A stretch of 64,000 nt of DNA. Source: Holosporales bacterium (GTDB taxonomy: Bacteria; Pseudomonadota; Alphaproteobacteria; Holosporales; CAZGKG01). The translations under genes and the position numbers were made by a program. The stretch covers positions 23,119-87,118 of the forward strand of contig JBIKIF010000002.1 in NCBI GenBank assembly GCA_044361745.1. Reading direction: 5' to 3'. Below are positions 21,976 through 31,670 of the stretch, in pieces (position 1 is the first letter of the stretch; each line of letters begins with the position of its first letter). The notes beneath the pieces were generated by a model. The model did not search any database, was not told the DNA's origin, and was given only the letters and a program-made list of their open reading frames with translations.

Positions 21976-23193
21976 ATGTCATCCACTCCAGACCTTTTTC
22001 CTTCCCCATCTTCTCTTCGACCAGACCGCCCTTTCTTTTCCTCCGGTCCGTGTGCGAAGCCTCCGGGTTGGTCTTTGGGGGGCTTGGAGGACATTTTTCT
22101 GGCGGGGCGGTCCCATAGATCTGCGCCAGGTCTCAGCCAGATTCGGGAATTATTAGACCTGACGCGGGATATCCTCAGGCTTCCAGATGATTATCAGATA
22201 GCGATGGTTCCCGGATCCGCAACGGGGGCCATGGAAATGGCGTTATGGAATTTTCTGGGATCTCGCGGGGTGGACGCTTGGGGGTATGATGTCTTCAGTG
22301 GCCGTTGGCTGGAGGATATTAGGGATCGGCTCCGTCTTCAGGATGCCCGTTTTTTTGAGGCAGCCCCAGGGGATCTTCCAGATTTTTCTGCCCTTGATCC
22401 AGAGAGAGATCAGGTGCTCACCTGGTGTGGGACCACAGCTGGCGTTTGGCTTGAATCTGTTGGGTTGGAGCCGCCCCTGGAAAGCCGTCAAGGCTTGGTT
22501 TTATGTGATGCCACATCCGCGGTCTTCGCGGCCAATCTGCCGTGGTCCAGTCTTGATGTGACGGCATTTTCTTGGCAAAAGGCCCTCGGGTCTGAGGCGG
22601 GGCACGGCATGATTGTGCTCTCACCACGGGCTCTGGCCTATTTGAAGGCGTATCAACCGCCTTGGCCTGTTCCTCGGTTGTTGGATCTTCAAGATGCTGC
22701 GTTTATTCATGAAAACAAGCAGCCCGGAAGTTTATTCAAAGGGTGTACCCATAATACACCGTCGATGCTTGCCGTTGCCGATTGTCTGTACGCTTTGCAT
22801 TGGGCAAAAAATTTGGGGGGGTTGCCGGCGCTTCAAGCCCGTATGGCTGAAAACAATCGGGTGATGGAAGCTTGGGTGACAGAAACCCCGTGGGTTAAAT
22901 TTCTGGCGCAGAAGCCAGAGATTCGGGCCCCCACATCCGTATGTTTGACAATTGTGGATCCCTTGTTTGTTTCTCTTCCCGGGTCAGAGCAGTGGGTTTT
23001 TATGCAAGAGATTGGTGCTGAACTCGCAAACGAACAGGTTGCATTCGATTGCGTGAATCATACTCTGTCCACGCCAAGTGTTCGATTTTGGTGTGGTCCC
23101 ACTGTTGAGCCAGAAGATTTGCGTCGTGCGCTGCCTTGGGTTGAGTGGGCTTACAAACAAGTTTTTGCAAAAAAATTCTTCCACAGAACCTAG
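21976..23193 (+). CDS. serC: Phosphoserine aminotransferase (alpha-type SerC)
   Basis: Class-V aminotransferase pattern (…GSATGAMEMALWN…, …DATSAVF…, FSWQKALGSEAGHG with the PLP lysine). The ATG at 21976 follows the der stop. Confidence 0.8.
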   Translation: MSSTPDLFPSPSSLRPDRPFFSSGPCAKPPGWSLGGLEDIFLAGRSHRSAPGLSQIRELLDLTRDILRLPDDYQIAMVPGSATGAMEMALWNFLGSRGVDAWGYDVFSGRWLEDIRDRLRLQDARFFEAAPGDLPDFSALDPERDQVLTWCGTTAGVWLESVGLEPPLESRQGLVLCDATSAVFAANLPWSSLDVTAFSWQKALGSEAGHGMIVLSPRALAYLKAYQPPWPVPRLLDLQDAAFIHENKQPGSLFKGCTHNTPSMLAVADCLYALHWAKNLGGLPALQARMAENNRVMEAWVTETPWVKFLAQKPEIRAPTSVCLTIVDPLFVSLPGSEQWVFMQEIGAELANEQVAFDCVNHTLSTPSVRFWCGPTVEPEDLRRALPWVEWAYKQVFAKKFFHRT

Positions 23194-23219
23194 AAAACAC
23201 TTTTTTCTTCATAAAAAAA

Positions 23220-24479
23220 ATGTTTGTCTATGTTACAATGTTCCCTTGGCCAACGTTGTGTGTAGTGAACCAAATCATGCCGATTGCCCTCTGGCTTATT
23301 GTCTTAATGACGGGGTTGCCTCTTTTTTCAGAGACAGCCTACGCTCCTTCTTTGCCAGAAATTAGAAAAGTCTTTCAAATAACGGAATCGGTTGCAGAGT
23401 ATACGCTCACCATTTATTTATTCGGCTTTGCAATGGGGACATTTTTTTGGGGCACCTTGTCTGATCGTTTGGGTCGGAAGCCGTGCGTGATCTTAGGGTT
23501 TATTGTTTATACGTTGGGGTGTTTGGTCTGTGCTTTGTCAGAACAGGTTCTTTTTTTAATGGCGGGTCGATTGATTCAGGCCTTTGGAGGAAGTGCAGGA
23601 AGCGTCTTGACCCAGACGATTTGTCGGGATGTTTTTCATGGCAAAAGCTTGTCTCGTACCTATGCGATGATTGCCAGTGCGGGGGCTTTATTTCCAGCGA
23701 TTGGGCCTGTTTTTGGGGGCATTGTTGTGCAGTACACAGGGTGGAATCGTATTTTCTGGGCCCTTATGGTGTGCGGCGCTTTGGTGGCAACGCTCGTTAT
23801 TTTTTTACTTCCTGAAACCCATGCGCCGGAAAAAAGAGCGCCTGTGTCTGTGAAAAAAGTTCTGTCAGCTTTTCGAAAAGATAAGCGCGTTCTGGGGTTT
23901 ATTGCAGTGATTGCGATTTGCAGCGGAATCCGATTTACCTATTTTGCCGAAAGTCCTTTTTGCCTTATTCAGATTCTTGGTTTAACGCCAACCCAGTATG
24001 GAATGACATTCACAGGAATTTCAGTCTCTATTATGCTTGGGGGGGTCATTGCTGCGCGCCTTCAGCGTTTTTATCAGTCCCATGAGATTCTTGAAATGGG
24101 CCTCTGGATGATGTTGATCAGTCCAGTTCTGTCGTTCCTGTGTCTGTGGCTTGCTCCCTTGTCAGGAGACGCCCAGGCGTTGGTTATTGTGACATCTCAA
24201 CTTTTTGTGATGATGGGGTTTGTGCTGGTGATTACGAACGCACTGAGCTTGTCTCTGATTGAATATCAGTGGTGTCTTGGAACCGCATCGAGTTTGGTGG
24301 GATGTTCCTATTATGCAGGAACAGCTTTAATTACATTTGGAATGGGTAAAATCCATAACGGGAGTTTGTTGGCTATGCCCCTTTATTTTGTTTTTTTGTC
24401 TATGTTAATGATTGTTATTTTTAAGAAATTTCTTCTTCCCATTGACAAGAAGGCCTCCCTTCTTTCACAAAAAAGATAA
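23220..24479 (+). CDS. MFS drug-efflux type transporter (Bcr/CflA-like)
   Basis: About 12 predicted TM helices, with the MFS loop motif GTLSDRLGRKP. The start is ambiguous (ATGs at 23220, 23238 and 23277). Confidence 0.75.
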   Translation: MFVYVTMFPWPTLCVVNQIMPIALWLIVLMTGLPLFSETAYAPSLPEIRKVFQITESVAEYTLTIYLFGFAMGTFFWGTLSDRLGRKPCVILGFIVYTLGCLVCALSEQVLFLMAGRLIQAFGGSAGSVLTQTICRDVFHGKSLSRTYAMIASAGALFPAIGPVFGGIVVQYTGWNRIFWALMVCGALVATLVIFLLPETHAPEKRAPVSVKKVLSAFRKDKRVLGFIAVIAICSGIRFTYFAESPFCLIQILGLTPTQYGMTFTGISVSIMLGGVIAARLQRFYQSHEILEMGLWMMLISPVLSFLCLWLAPLSGDAQALVIVTSQLFVMMGFVLVITNALSLSLIEYQWCLGTASSLVGCSYYAGTALITFGMGKIHNGSLLAMPLYFVFLSMLMIVIFKKFLLPIDKKASLLSQKR

Positions 24480-24592
24480 AAAATTTCTTTTAGATAAATT
24501 TGACATTAAAAGACCATTGACCACATTTAAAATAATGTCAAAATAGAATAAACTTCAGGAAGGTTTGTATCTTTCTTCCTAGGGGGGGGCAC

Positions 24593-25513
24593 ATGGGTGA
24601 ATGGATTCACGGGAGAGATGAAGTGCTGGAAACGCCAAGAATTCTAGAAAGTGCACCAGTGCTTGAGAGGTGGAAGGATCGACTTTTGACCTGGACACGC
24701 GTTTTTACGGATCACCAAAGTCGCCCGCCTGGTTTGGCTGTTATTCGTGTTGGCTCAGACCCTGCCAGCGTTATTTATGTCAGCCGTAAAAAGAAAATGA
24801 CAGAGACCTTAGGTTTTTTTTTCGAGGAGCACGTTTTAAGCGGTCGAATTACACCTCGGGAGCTCTCTCAAAAAATAGCCTCTTTAAATGAGTCCCATTT
24901 GATTGATGGAATTATTCTGCAGCTTCCTTTGCCAGGAGATCATGATCCAAGCCCTTACTTGGCGATGATTGATCCCGTGAAGGATGTGGATGGTTTGCAT
25001 CCTTTAAACCGGGGGCTTTTATACTCGCAAAATGCTTTGGGGTTTGTTCCGTGTACCCCGTGGGGGTGCCTCGAGCTGCTTCGCCATTATGGTTATACTT
25101 TTGAGGGAAAATCTGCGGTGGTTGTAGGGCGTTCGATTTTGGTGGGACGCCCTCTTGCGGCTTTGTTAATTCGAGAAAACGCGACGGTCACCCTGGCGCA
25201 TAGCCACACGAAAGATTTGGCAAGTGTCACGTCTCAGGCAGATTTTCTTTTTGTTGCCGCGGGACAAAAATTGCTCATTGAGCCGCAGCACGTCAAACGG
25301 GGTGCTGTCGTCTTGGATATTGGGATCCATCGTATCAACACTGGCTTAGTGGGGGATGTGGATTATGCGGAGCTGATAGATTCGGATGTTTTACGGGGAG
25401 GAGCCATTTCTCCTGTTCCCGGAGGGGTGGGGCCCTTAACTGTCCTGGGTTTGATGCATAACACTTTGCTTGCGGCCTTTCAGAGATGCGCAATTTCTTT
25501 TCCCGTTTCATAA
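24593..25513 (+). CDS. folD: Bifunctional methylene-THF dehydrogenase/cyclohydrolase
   Basis: PGLAVIRVGSDPASVIYV, IDGIILQLPLP, VDGLHPLN, VVVGRSILVGRPLA and PVPGGVGPLTV motifs. Confidence 0.9.
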   Translation: MGEWIHGRDEVLETPRILESAPVLERWKDRLLTWTRVFTDHQSRPPGLAVIRVGSDPASVIYVSRKKKMTETLGFFFEEHVLSGRITPRELSQKIASLNESHLIDGIILQLPLPGDHDPSPYLAMIDPVKDVDGLHPLNRGLLYSQNALGFVPCTPWGCLELLRHYGYTFEGKSAVVVGRSILVGRPLAALLIRENATVTLAHSHTKDLASVTSQADFLFVAAGQKLLIEPQHVKRGAVVLDIGIHRINTGLVGDVDYAELIDSDVLRGGAISPVPGGVGPLTVLGLMHNTLLAAFQRCAISFPVS

Positions 25514-26238
25514 GAAAAAGTCTTCAGATTCTTCTGCCCTATCAATGCGGGGTGTGTCGCTCCATTCTGATGGAACGGGGGGTGTGTGGAGACTGTTTTT
25601 CTCAGCTGACTTTTCTGGGGGATGGGACCTGTAGATCTTGTGGGCTCCCCCTCCCGGTTCAGTCTTTTGAGGGGGATCTGGAGGACGGGGAGGTGACGCC
25701 CCTTCTGTGTGGTGGGTGCATCGCACAGAAGCCTCCGTTTCAGGTGGCATTGTCTGTGTTTGCTTATGATGATGTCAGTCGCCCGTTGATCACCCGTTTC
25801 AAGCATGGAGGAGACTTGACCCTCGTGCCCCTCTTTTCCCGTTGGTTGGGGGCCAAAGGATCGAAGGTGCGATCGGAGGTGGATGTGGTGGTGCCGGTTC
25901 CCCTTCATTGGACCCGTTTGGTGAAGCGTCGTTTTAATCAATCCGCTCTTCTGGCTCAGGCGTTTGCTCGCAAGGAAGGGCTTTTTTATGATCCACTGGT
26001 CCTGAAGCGTACGCGACGCACACCTTCCCAAGGACACCTCAGAGCGGCCCAGCGCATCCTTAATGTAAAGGGTGCCTTTACCGTGCCTCCTGCAAAGAAG
26101 CCATTGATCGAAGGGGTGGGGGTTTTGCTTGTGGATGATGTGTATACTACCGGGGCCACCTTGACGGCTTGCGCCCAGGCCCTTCTCCAATCAGGGGCGC
26201 GGGAGGTTTCGGTTTTGACCTTGGCCCGGGTTGTCTAG
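25486..26238 (+). CDS. comF: ComF-family phosphoribosyltransferase-like protein
   Basis: N-terminal Cys-rich zinc-finger-like region (CGVC…CGDC…CRSCG…CGGC) and the C-terminal PRTase motif VLLVDDVYTTGAT. Overlaps the end of folD by 28 nt. Confidence 0.8.
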   Translation: MRNFFSRFIRKSLQILLPYQCGVCRSILMERGVCGDCFSQLTFLGDGTCRSCGLPLPVQSFEGDLEDGEVTPLLCGGCIAQKPPFQVALSVFAYDDVSRPLITRFKHGGDLTLVPLFSRWLGAKGSKVRSEVDVVVPVPLHWTRLVKRRFNQSALLAQAFARKEGLFYDPLVLKRTRRTPSQGHLRAAQRILNVKGAFTVPPAKKPLIEGVGVLLVDDVYTTGATLTACAQALLQSGAREVSVLTLARVV

Positions 26239-26335
26239 CGCGAGAGTTTGGGCATCTGAGAGGGCATTTTTTGCACCTCATCAAAAATTTGAGTAGACTC
26301 AATGATAATATTTTCAAGCTCTTAAGCAGCAGAGG

Positions 26336-26956
26336 ATGGGAGTGATGCGTTTCTTTTTGGATGTCCCATGGGTCTGTGCCTTTGGCGCTACCTACCTGGC
26401 GGGGAGTCTTCCCTTCGGTTTTTGGTTTGGAAAATATTTTGGGGCGGGACGGGACGTCCGTCAGGAAGGCTCAGGCAATATTGGGGCGACCAATGTGTTG
26501 CGCACCTGTGGCCGTCTTCCTGCGGTTCTGACTTTGGTGTGTGACGCACTGAAGGGCCTCCTGCCTGTTGTTTTAGGCCAAAAAATATGGCCAGAGTCCC
26601 CAGAGATCTGGGTTTTGCTTGCGTTGGCGGCTGTCTTTGGACATGTGTTTTCCTGTTTTCTGGGGTTTCGTGGGGGCAAAGGGGTGGCGACCAGTCTTGG
26701 GGTTCTCATCCCTTTGTCTCCTTTGGGCAGCCTTATTTTGATGTCTTTCTGGGGAGGGATTTTCTGGCGGACCCGCATGTCATCCCTGGCGTCCCTTGCG
26801 ACTCTCTGTGGAATGCCGTTTGTCTTTTTGCTGCTGGCACCTATGCCGGTGGTCTGGGGGTCCTGGGTTTTAAGTGTTTTGATGCTTTGGACCCATCGAA
26901 GTAATATCAAGCGCCTCATCAAAGGCGATGAGCTGACCTTTAAGAAAAAAGATTAG
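26336..26956 (+). CDS. plsY: Glycerol-3-phosphate acyltransferase PlsY
   Basis: 206 aa polytopic membrane protein with the GSGNIGATN motif. Confidence 0.9.
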   Translation: MGVMRFFLDVPWVCAFGATYLAGSLPFGFWFGKYFGAGRDVRQEGSGNIGATNVLRTCGRLPAVLTLVCDALKGLLPVVLGQKIWPESPEIWVLLALAAVFGHVFSCFLGFRGGKGVATSLGVLIPLSPLGSLILMSFWGGIFWRTRMSSLASLATLCGMPFVFLLLAPMPVVWGSWVLSVLMLWTHRSNIKRLIKGDELTFKKKD

Positions 26957-27125
26957 GATTCCAATCGGTTGATTGAGCCCATGATGGCTTGGGCAGCCTG
27001 TTGCACTTCGCCCTTGAATGCGCCGGGGGAGTCAAGGGCTGAAAGTGATAGAGGAGTGGTTCCTCAAGGGATCGGATCCGACCCCATATTTTGGCCAATA
27101 AAAATATTTTAATGGGTCTGAGCGT

Positions 27126-27437
27126 CTAGACCGCCATGTGCATCACTTCTTGATAGGCTTGTAGGCTGGTGTTTACAAGAACGCTCAGTTGGTGGAGTGC
27201 TTCCTTCGCACGTAACACTTCCAAAGAGACGATTTGGGGATCTGCTTCACCCGCAGCTGCAGCCTTTCCATGGGCTTCCGAAGATTTTAACAAATCTCGT
27301 GTTTTTTTGCCAACGCCTTCAAGAAGGGTAGAAAAGCTTTCTCCATAAAGGGCGGAGGAGGCCTTTTGAGACCCCGGAAGGCTTCCCTGCAGATCAGGGA
27401 GCACTAAGGGGAAAGAGAGGGGGGGGATTGGGGTCAT
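27126..27437 (-). CDS. fliE: Flagellar hook-basal body protein FliE
   Basis: 103 aa. The C-terminus …LQAYQEVMHMAV matches the FliE consensus end (…YQEIMRMQV). Follows flgC with a 4-nt overlap. Confidence 0.8.
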   Translation of the reverse strand: MTPIPPLSFPLVLPDLQGSLPGSQKASSALYGESFSTLLEGVGKKTRDLLKSSEAHGKAAAAGEADPQIVSLEVLRAKEALHQLSVLVNTSLQAYQEVMHMAV

Positions 27438-27871
27438 GAAAGCCTCGCCATCATCAGGTTGTGGATACGTTGTTGCATTCCGCTGAGGACCTCAACGGTC
27501 CGCCCCATCATGAGGGTTGCCACATGGGCATCTTGGGCATCTACCGCCTCCATGTAAGGATTCACGTTTGGTTTTAAAACAATGCCACTGCTATCGGCTG
27601 CGGGATGGCTTGGGTCATACACTTTGATAAAGGGGGTTGGGTCCCGTCCAACGGATCGAACCACTGGCATGCGAATACCGGCCTCTCGCACCAGATGATC
27701 CTCAAACGCAACGGTACGTCTTTGGTAAGGCTTTCCCCCGGGGGTGACAGAGGTGGTCTGGGCGTTCACCATATTCTGGACGGCCACCTTGGACCGAAGG
27801 GCTTCGTTTTCCATGCCTCGTGCAAGAAGTGCTTGGGCCAAGGCAACGGGCCCTTGAACCGATGTCAGCAT
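27434..27871 (-). CDS. flgC: Flagellar basal-body rod protein FlgC
   Basis: 145 aa with …VAVQNMVNAQTT…PYQRRTVAFE…VYDPSHPAADSSG.V..PNVN… as in FlgC. Confidence 0.8.
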   Translation of the reverse strand: MLTSVQGPVALAQALLARGMENEALRSKVAVQNMVNAQTTSVTPGGKPYQRRTVAFEDHLVREAGIRMPVVRSVGRDPTPFIKVYDPSHPAADSSGIVLKPNVNPYMEAVDAQDAHVATLMMGRTVEVLSGMQQRIHNLMMARLS

Positions 27872-27886
27872 TTCCGATTCCTTTCT

Positions 27887-28258
27887 TTATTTTTTGAGCA
27901 CCAATTCAAGCATTTGCACTTGAGATTGGATAATGTTGGTCATTTGAAGGTGGCTGAGATTCGCTTCATTGGCTTCACGCAATTCTTCCCTATAGGAAAC
28001 GGTGTTGCCATTGAGGGTTTTTTCTCCTGTTACTGCCGTTTTGACTGCAAAACCTCCCCATGTTTCCCCCTTGAAAGAGAGGTGCTTTGGATCTGTTCTG
28101 CGCATGTCTTGCGGCTGCAGAGAATCGTCAAAACGCAGAGGCGCCAGACGGACCGCCTGGTATTTGGGCACATTCAGAAAAGCCATGTTTTGAGAGGCAA
28201 CCTTGAGCGCTTGGGAATCAAACGCCATACGATGGGCCGCCATTTGGACAATATTCAT
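27887..28258 (-). CDS. flgB: Flagellar basal-body rod protein FlgB
   Basis: 123 aa. N-terminal rod motif …SQNMAFLNVPKYQA… and …NGNTVSYREE…. First gene of a flgB-flgC-fliE unit. Confidence 0.75.
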   Translation of the reverse strand: MNIVQMAAHRMAFDSQALKVASQNMAFLNVPKYQAVRLAPLRFDDSLQPQDMRRTDPKHLSFKGETWGGFAVKTAVTGEKTLNGNTVSYREELREANEANLSHLQMTNIIQSQVQMLELVLKK

Positions 28259-28371
28259 TTGAGCAAATGCCTATGTGATTTTTTTCTTGACCTTATGGCA
28301 GCGGGATTAAGAAAATGTAAAACTTTTTCAGGGATCTCTAATCCCACTTTTCATGATGAAAGAGTTTTGGA

Positions 28372-28629
28372 ATGACAAAAAGCAATCTTCTCAAAAGCAT
28401 ATTTGAGCATCAAAAAATGGTTTCCCAGGAAATGCGTACTCATTTAGGCGTTCATCTGACAGAAGGTCTGAAAGACCTTTTTGAGGAGAATGAAACCCTT
28501 CTGGAGGAACTTGAAAACCAGGACACTGTCACACCTGACGATCTCTCAAGGCTGCAAAATCTTTGGGAGAGACTGACGCACCATATTGGAAAAACCTACA
28601 CAAATTTAGAAAAATCTACGCAGAGTTAA
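28372..28629 (+). CDS. Hypothetical small acidic helical protein heading the fliO-fliP unit
   Basis: 85-aa ORF lying 12-40 nt upstream of fliO, divergent from flgB. No family recognised. Its composition resembles small export chaperones, but that is speculation. Confidence 0.3.
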   Translation: MTKSNLLKSIFEHQKMVSQEMRTHLGVHLTEGLKDLFEENETLLEELENQDTVTPDDLSRLQNLWERLTHHIGKTYTNLEKSTQS

Positions 28630-28668
28630 AAATCAAGAACATTGGAACAAATTGTAGAAAGGTATGCA

Positions 28669-28956
28669 ATGGATGAAATTTCTGTGCCCCTTCTTTTGAA
28701 GGCGTTTTTAAGTCTTGGCTGTACTCTTATTTTGCTCTGGGTCGGTGGCTTTCTTTTGCGAAAGTTTTCCGTTTTCAGGTCCCGCCAGAAAGTCACATCT
28801 CTGACCCGCATTCTTGAGACCCAAACACTGGATACCCAGCGCAAACTCATGGTTTTTTCATCCCCCTTTGGACAAGGGCTGATTCTTCTCTCCCCAAGGG
28901 GCGATCAAGTTGTGATGTTCGCCCAGACTCCAGTCCTTGAGGATTCTCTCGGATGA
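28669..28956 (+). CDS. fliO: FliO-like flagellar export protein
   Basis: Single TM helix (LLLKAFLSLGCTLILLWVGGFLL), then …RILETQTLDTQRKLMVFSSPFGQGLILLSP… as in FliO. ATGA overlap with fliP. Confidence 0.5.
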   Translation: MDEISVPLLLKAFLSLGCTLILLWVGGFLLRKFSVFRSRQKVTSLTRILETQTLDTQRKLMVFSSPFGQGLILLSPRGDQVVMFAQTPVLEDSLG

Positions 28957-29699
28957 ATTCCTCTCCTCCCTGGCTCAGTCGTTGGACCATTCTCCTTTTG
29001 ATTGTCTGTCTGTTCTTTATCAGCGACCCTTGTCAGGCAGCACAATTTTCTCTTGATCTGGGGGAAGGGTCCCTTTCGGCTAAGCTTTTACAACTGATGG
29101 CCTTGATCAGCGTTCTCAGTTTGGCCCCCTCCATTCTCATGATGGTGACCTCTTTTACGCGGATTGTCGTTGTCATGTCTCTGCTCAGGCATGCTTTGGG
29201 TCTTGGGCAATCGCCCCCCCAATCCATTATCATTAGCTTGTCTCTTTTTCTCACGCTCTTTGTGATGCAACCCACGTTTGAAAAGGCGTATGAGCAAGGG
29301 CTTCATCCGTATTTATCTGAGGACATTTCTGAGGAAGAGGCCCTTCGGAAAACGTCCGAGCCTTTTCAAACCTTTATGCTCCAGCATACACGGCCTAAAG
29401 ATTTGGAAATGCTTCTCACCATCAGCAATACTCCCAAACTCAAAACCCCCGAGGAAACACCCTATCGCGCCCTGATTCCCGCCTTTATGCTCAGTGAACT
29501 TCGTCGTGCGTTTGAAATCGGTTTCCTGATCTTTATCCCCTTTCTGATTATTGATTTGGTAGTGGCCTCTATTTTAATGTCTATGGGGATGATGATGCTT
29601 CCCCCGGTCATGCTGTCTTTACCGTTTAAGATTATTTTCTTTGTGCTGATTGATGGCTGGTCACTCCTTGCAGGAAGCCTTGTCCGCAGTTATAGTTAG
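28953..29699 (+). CDS. fliP: Flagellar type III export apparatus protein FliP
   Basis: 248 aa with FTRIVVVMSLLRHALGLGQSPPQSIIISLSLFLTLFVMQP and a conserved C-terminal half. Confidence 0.9.
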   Translation: MNSSPPWLSRWTILLLIVCLFFISDPCQAAQFSLDLGEGSLSAKLLQLMALISVLSLAPSILMMVTSFTRIVVVMSLLRHALGLGQSPPQSIIISLSLFLTLFVMQPTFEKAYEQGLHPYLSEDISEEEALRKTSEPFQTFMLQHTRPKDLEMLLTISNTPKLKTPEETPYRALIPAFMLSELRRAFEIGFLIFIPFLIIDLVVASILMSMGMMMLPPVMLSLPFKIIFFVLIDGWSLLAGSLVRSYS

Positions 29700-29731
29700 G
29701 ATCGTTTTTGACCCTGAGAAAGACCCGGACC

Positions 29732-30529
29732 ATGGGCCTTGTAGATAGCCACTGTCATCTTGATTATCCTGATTTTGATGCTGACAGGGAGGCGATCATT
29801 GCCCGTGCTCATGCTTCGGGAATTTCCACCCTATTCACTATTGCCACCCGGAAGGAGGGGTGGGATGGGATCAGATCCCTCACAGAAACCCACCGGAATG
29901 TTTGGGGCTCTGTGGGCATTCATCCGACGGATGTCACAGAAGACGTTCTACCCCATTTGGCTCAAGACCTGATGGAGAGAAGTTCCCACCCTAAAATCAT
30001 CGGATTTGGGGAAACGGGCATCGATCTTTATCACGCGCAGGATACCCTGGATATCCAAGAGGCCTCCTTTCAGGCCCACGTAGATGCCTCCCGCATGACC
30101 GGGTTGCCGCTGATTATCCATACGCGGGATTCGGAAGCAGAAACGGAAACCTTTCTTGTCCGCACCCAAAAAGACAATCCAATCCCTGCGGTGATGCATT
30201 GCTTTACCGGCAGTCTGCCTTTTGCAAGACGCCTTCTGGATCTGGGATTTTACATTTCCCTCTCTGGGATTGTGACCTTCAAGAATGCCCACACTGTTCA
30301 TGACCTTGCGCGGGAGATTCCCCTGGACCGCCTGTTGGTGGAAACGGACGCCCCCTTTCTGGCCCCTAACCCCCACCGGGGAAAGCGCAATGAACCCTCT
30401 TTTGTGGCCCACACGGCCCAAGCCATTGCGGACCTGAGAGGCATCCCTCTTGCTGATCTGATCCAGGCCACCAGCCGTAACTTCTTCTCTCTGTTTCAAA
30501 AGGCAACGCCATGCGCATCCGCATCCTAG
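29732..30529 (+). CDS. tatD: TatD-family metal-dependent hydrolase
   Basis: N-terminal DSHCHLD, …GETGIDLY…, …IIHTRD…, …HCFTGS…, …ETDAPFL…. Confidence 0.85.
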   Translation: MGLVDSHCHLDYPDFDADREAIIARAHASGISTLFTIATRKEGWDGIRSLTETHRNVWGSVGIHPTDVTEDVLPHLAQDLMERSSHPKIIGFGETGIDLYHAQDTLDIQEASFQAHVDASRMTGLPLIIHTRDSEAETETFLVRTQKDNPIPAVMHCFTGSLPFARRLLDLGFYISLSGIVTFKNAHTVHDLAREIPLDRLLVETDAPFLAPNPHRGKRNEPSFVAHTAQAIADLRGIPLADLIQATSRNFFSLFQKATPCASAS

Positions 30530-31281
30530 GGTGTGGAGATTCAGGGGGGGTTCCCCGGGTCGGGAACGATTGGGGAGCCTGTGAGCCCTCCAACCCGCGG
30601 AACAACCGCACCCGCACGTCGGTGGCTGTGGAGCACCTGGGGGAAACCTGGCTCATTGATACGTCCCCCGATCTCAGGGCCCAAATGTTGCGCACCGGTT
30701 TGGAGACGGTGGACGGCATTCTGTTTACCCATGCCCATGCGGACCATATTTTGGGGCTGGATGAGACGCGGGTGCTCCATTTTGCCTCCAAAAAGATGAT
30801 TCCTATTTACGGAGATGCCCCCACCCTTGGGGCCCTTCGCCAGTTCTTTGGCTATTTGTTTCAGAACGATCTCTCCCCCAAGCCTCCGGCCCTCTATCCT
30901 CAGTTTCTGGTCTCCCATGAAGTGGCGGGTCCCTTTCCCTGGCTTGATCAAACCATTGTACCGTTTCATCAAGATCATGGGTACAGCCACAGTCTGGGTT
31001 ACCGCTTTAAGGACTGGGCTTATTCCACCGATGTGGTCCATTTGGATGAAGCCGCTTTTGAGGCGCTGCACGGCATTCGCCTTTGGCTTGTGGATTGCAT
31101 TGACTATAAACCGAAGCCGTCCCATAGCCACCTCGAGCAAACTCTCCGCTGGATCGAACGGGTTCAGCCCGAACGGGCCGTCCTGATCCACATGAGCCGG
31201 CTCTTGGACTACGACACCCTCTCACGCCAGCTCCCCCCCGGGGTCGAGGCCGCCTATGACGGCATGGTGATCGATCTGTAA
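30511..31281 (+). CDS. MBL-fold metallo-hydrolase (PhnP/GPMB-like)
   Basis: 256 aa with the HAHADH motif. Overlaps the tatD end by 19 nt, the usual tatD-MBL pairing in alphaproteobacteria. Confidence 0.8.
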   Translation: MRIRILGCGDSGGVPRVGNDWGACEPSNPRNNRTRTSVAVEHLGETWLIDTSPDLRAQMLRTGLETVDGILFTHAHADHILGLDETRVLHFASKKMIPIYGDAPTLGALRQFFGYLFQNDLSPKPPALYPQFLVSHEVAGPFPWLDQTIVPFHQDHGYSHSLGYRFKDWAYSTDVVHLDEAAFEALHGIRLWLVDCIDYKPKPSHSHLEQTLRWIERVQPERAVLIHMSRLLDYDTLSRQLPPGVEAAYDGMVIDL

Positions 31282-31365
31282 ACCTTCCAAAGTTCTCTGT
31301 TGGTCCGTATTTTGCAAAGTTCTTAACGGATACTTTTTGTTAAAAAATACGTGGAGGATTGTCTC

Positions 31366-31632
31366 ATGTCTAATCGTTCTTTGAATTTAAAAATTTTGAA
31401 ATCTTTGTCCCTAGGGGTTGTTTTGCTAGCGGGTGCGGGGGCTGTGTCCACAGATGGATGGGGTGCACCGCCTGCTGGTGGTGGTGGTCGTGGTCTTAAG
31501 GGATTTATAGGAAATAGAATGGGTGGAAAATTTCAAAGCGACACGAGTTTAAAAAGAAAAAAAGATAAAAGTGATTATGAAACGGAGAAAAGAGCTGCGG
31601 TAGAAGCTTTCAAAGCAGGGCGTCCAAAATAA
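31366..31632 (+). CDS. Hypothetical small secreted basic protein
   Basis: 88 aa from the ATG at 31366. Signal peptide (…LSLGVVLLAGAGA), a glycine-rich stretch (PPAGGGGRG), and a lysine-rich tail with LKRKKDK. Confidence 0.35.
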   Translation: MSNRSLNLKILKSLSLGVVLLAGAGAVSTDGWGAPPAGGGGRGLKGFIGNRMGGKFQSDTSLKRKKDKSDYETEKRAAVEAFKAGRPK

Positions 31633-31670
31633 GATAATTAACAAACTTTAAAAATAAGAAGACATTCTAT

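Noticed and set aside
24499-24542. Inverted repeat TTTGACATT…AATGTCAAA (27-nt spacer) between the MFS gene and folD.
   Set aside because: It could be a weak terminator or an operator, but the stem is A/T-rich with a large loop and has no T-tract. There is insufficient support to annotate it.
24582-24589. G8 tract immediately upstream of the folD start codon, as a possible phase-variable element.
   Set aside because: It most simply serves as a G-rich Shine-Dalgarno for an essential gene. I see no evidence of variability.
26975-27125. Possible further degenerate copies of the dispersed repeat in two other convergent junctions: plsY/fliE here and adc/cca at about 59460-59615.
   Set aside because: Only short scattered word matches were found (GGATCC, TCAAGGG, CCCAAGC, CATCAT; GTCATCC, CCGTAGAGA, CATCCTGGG). 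The block order is only partly preserved, which is too weak to call by eye. These should be retested with a family model.
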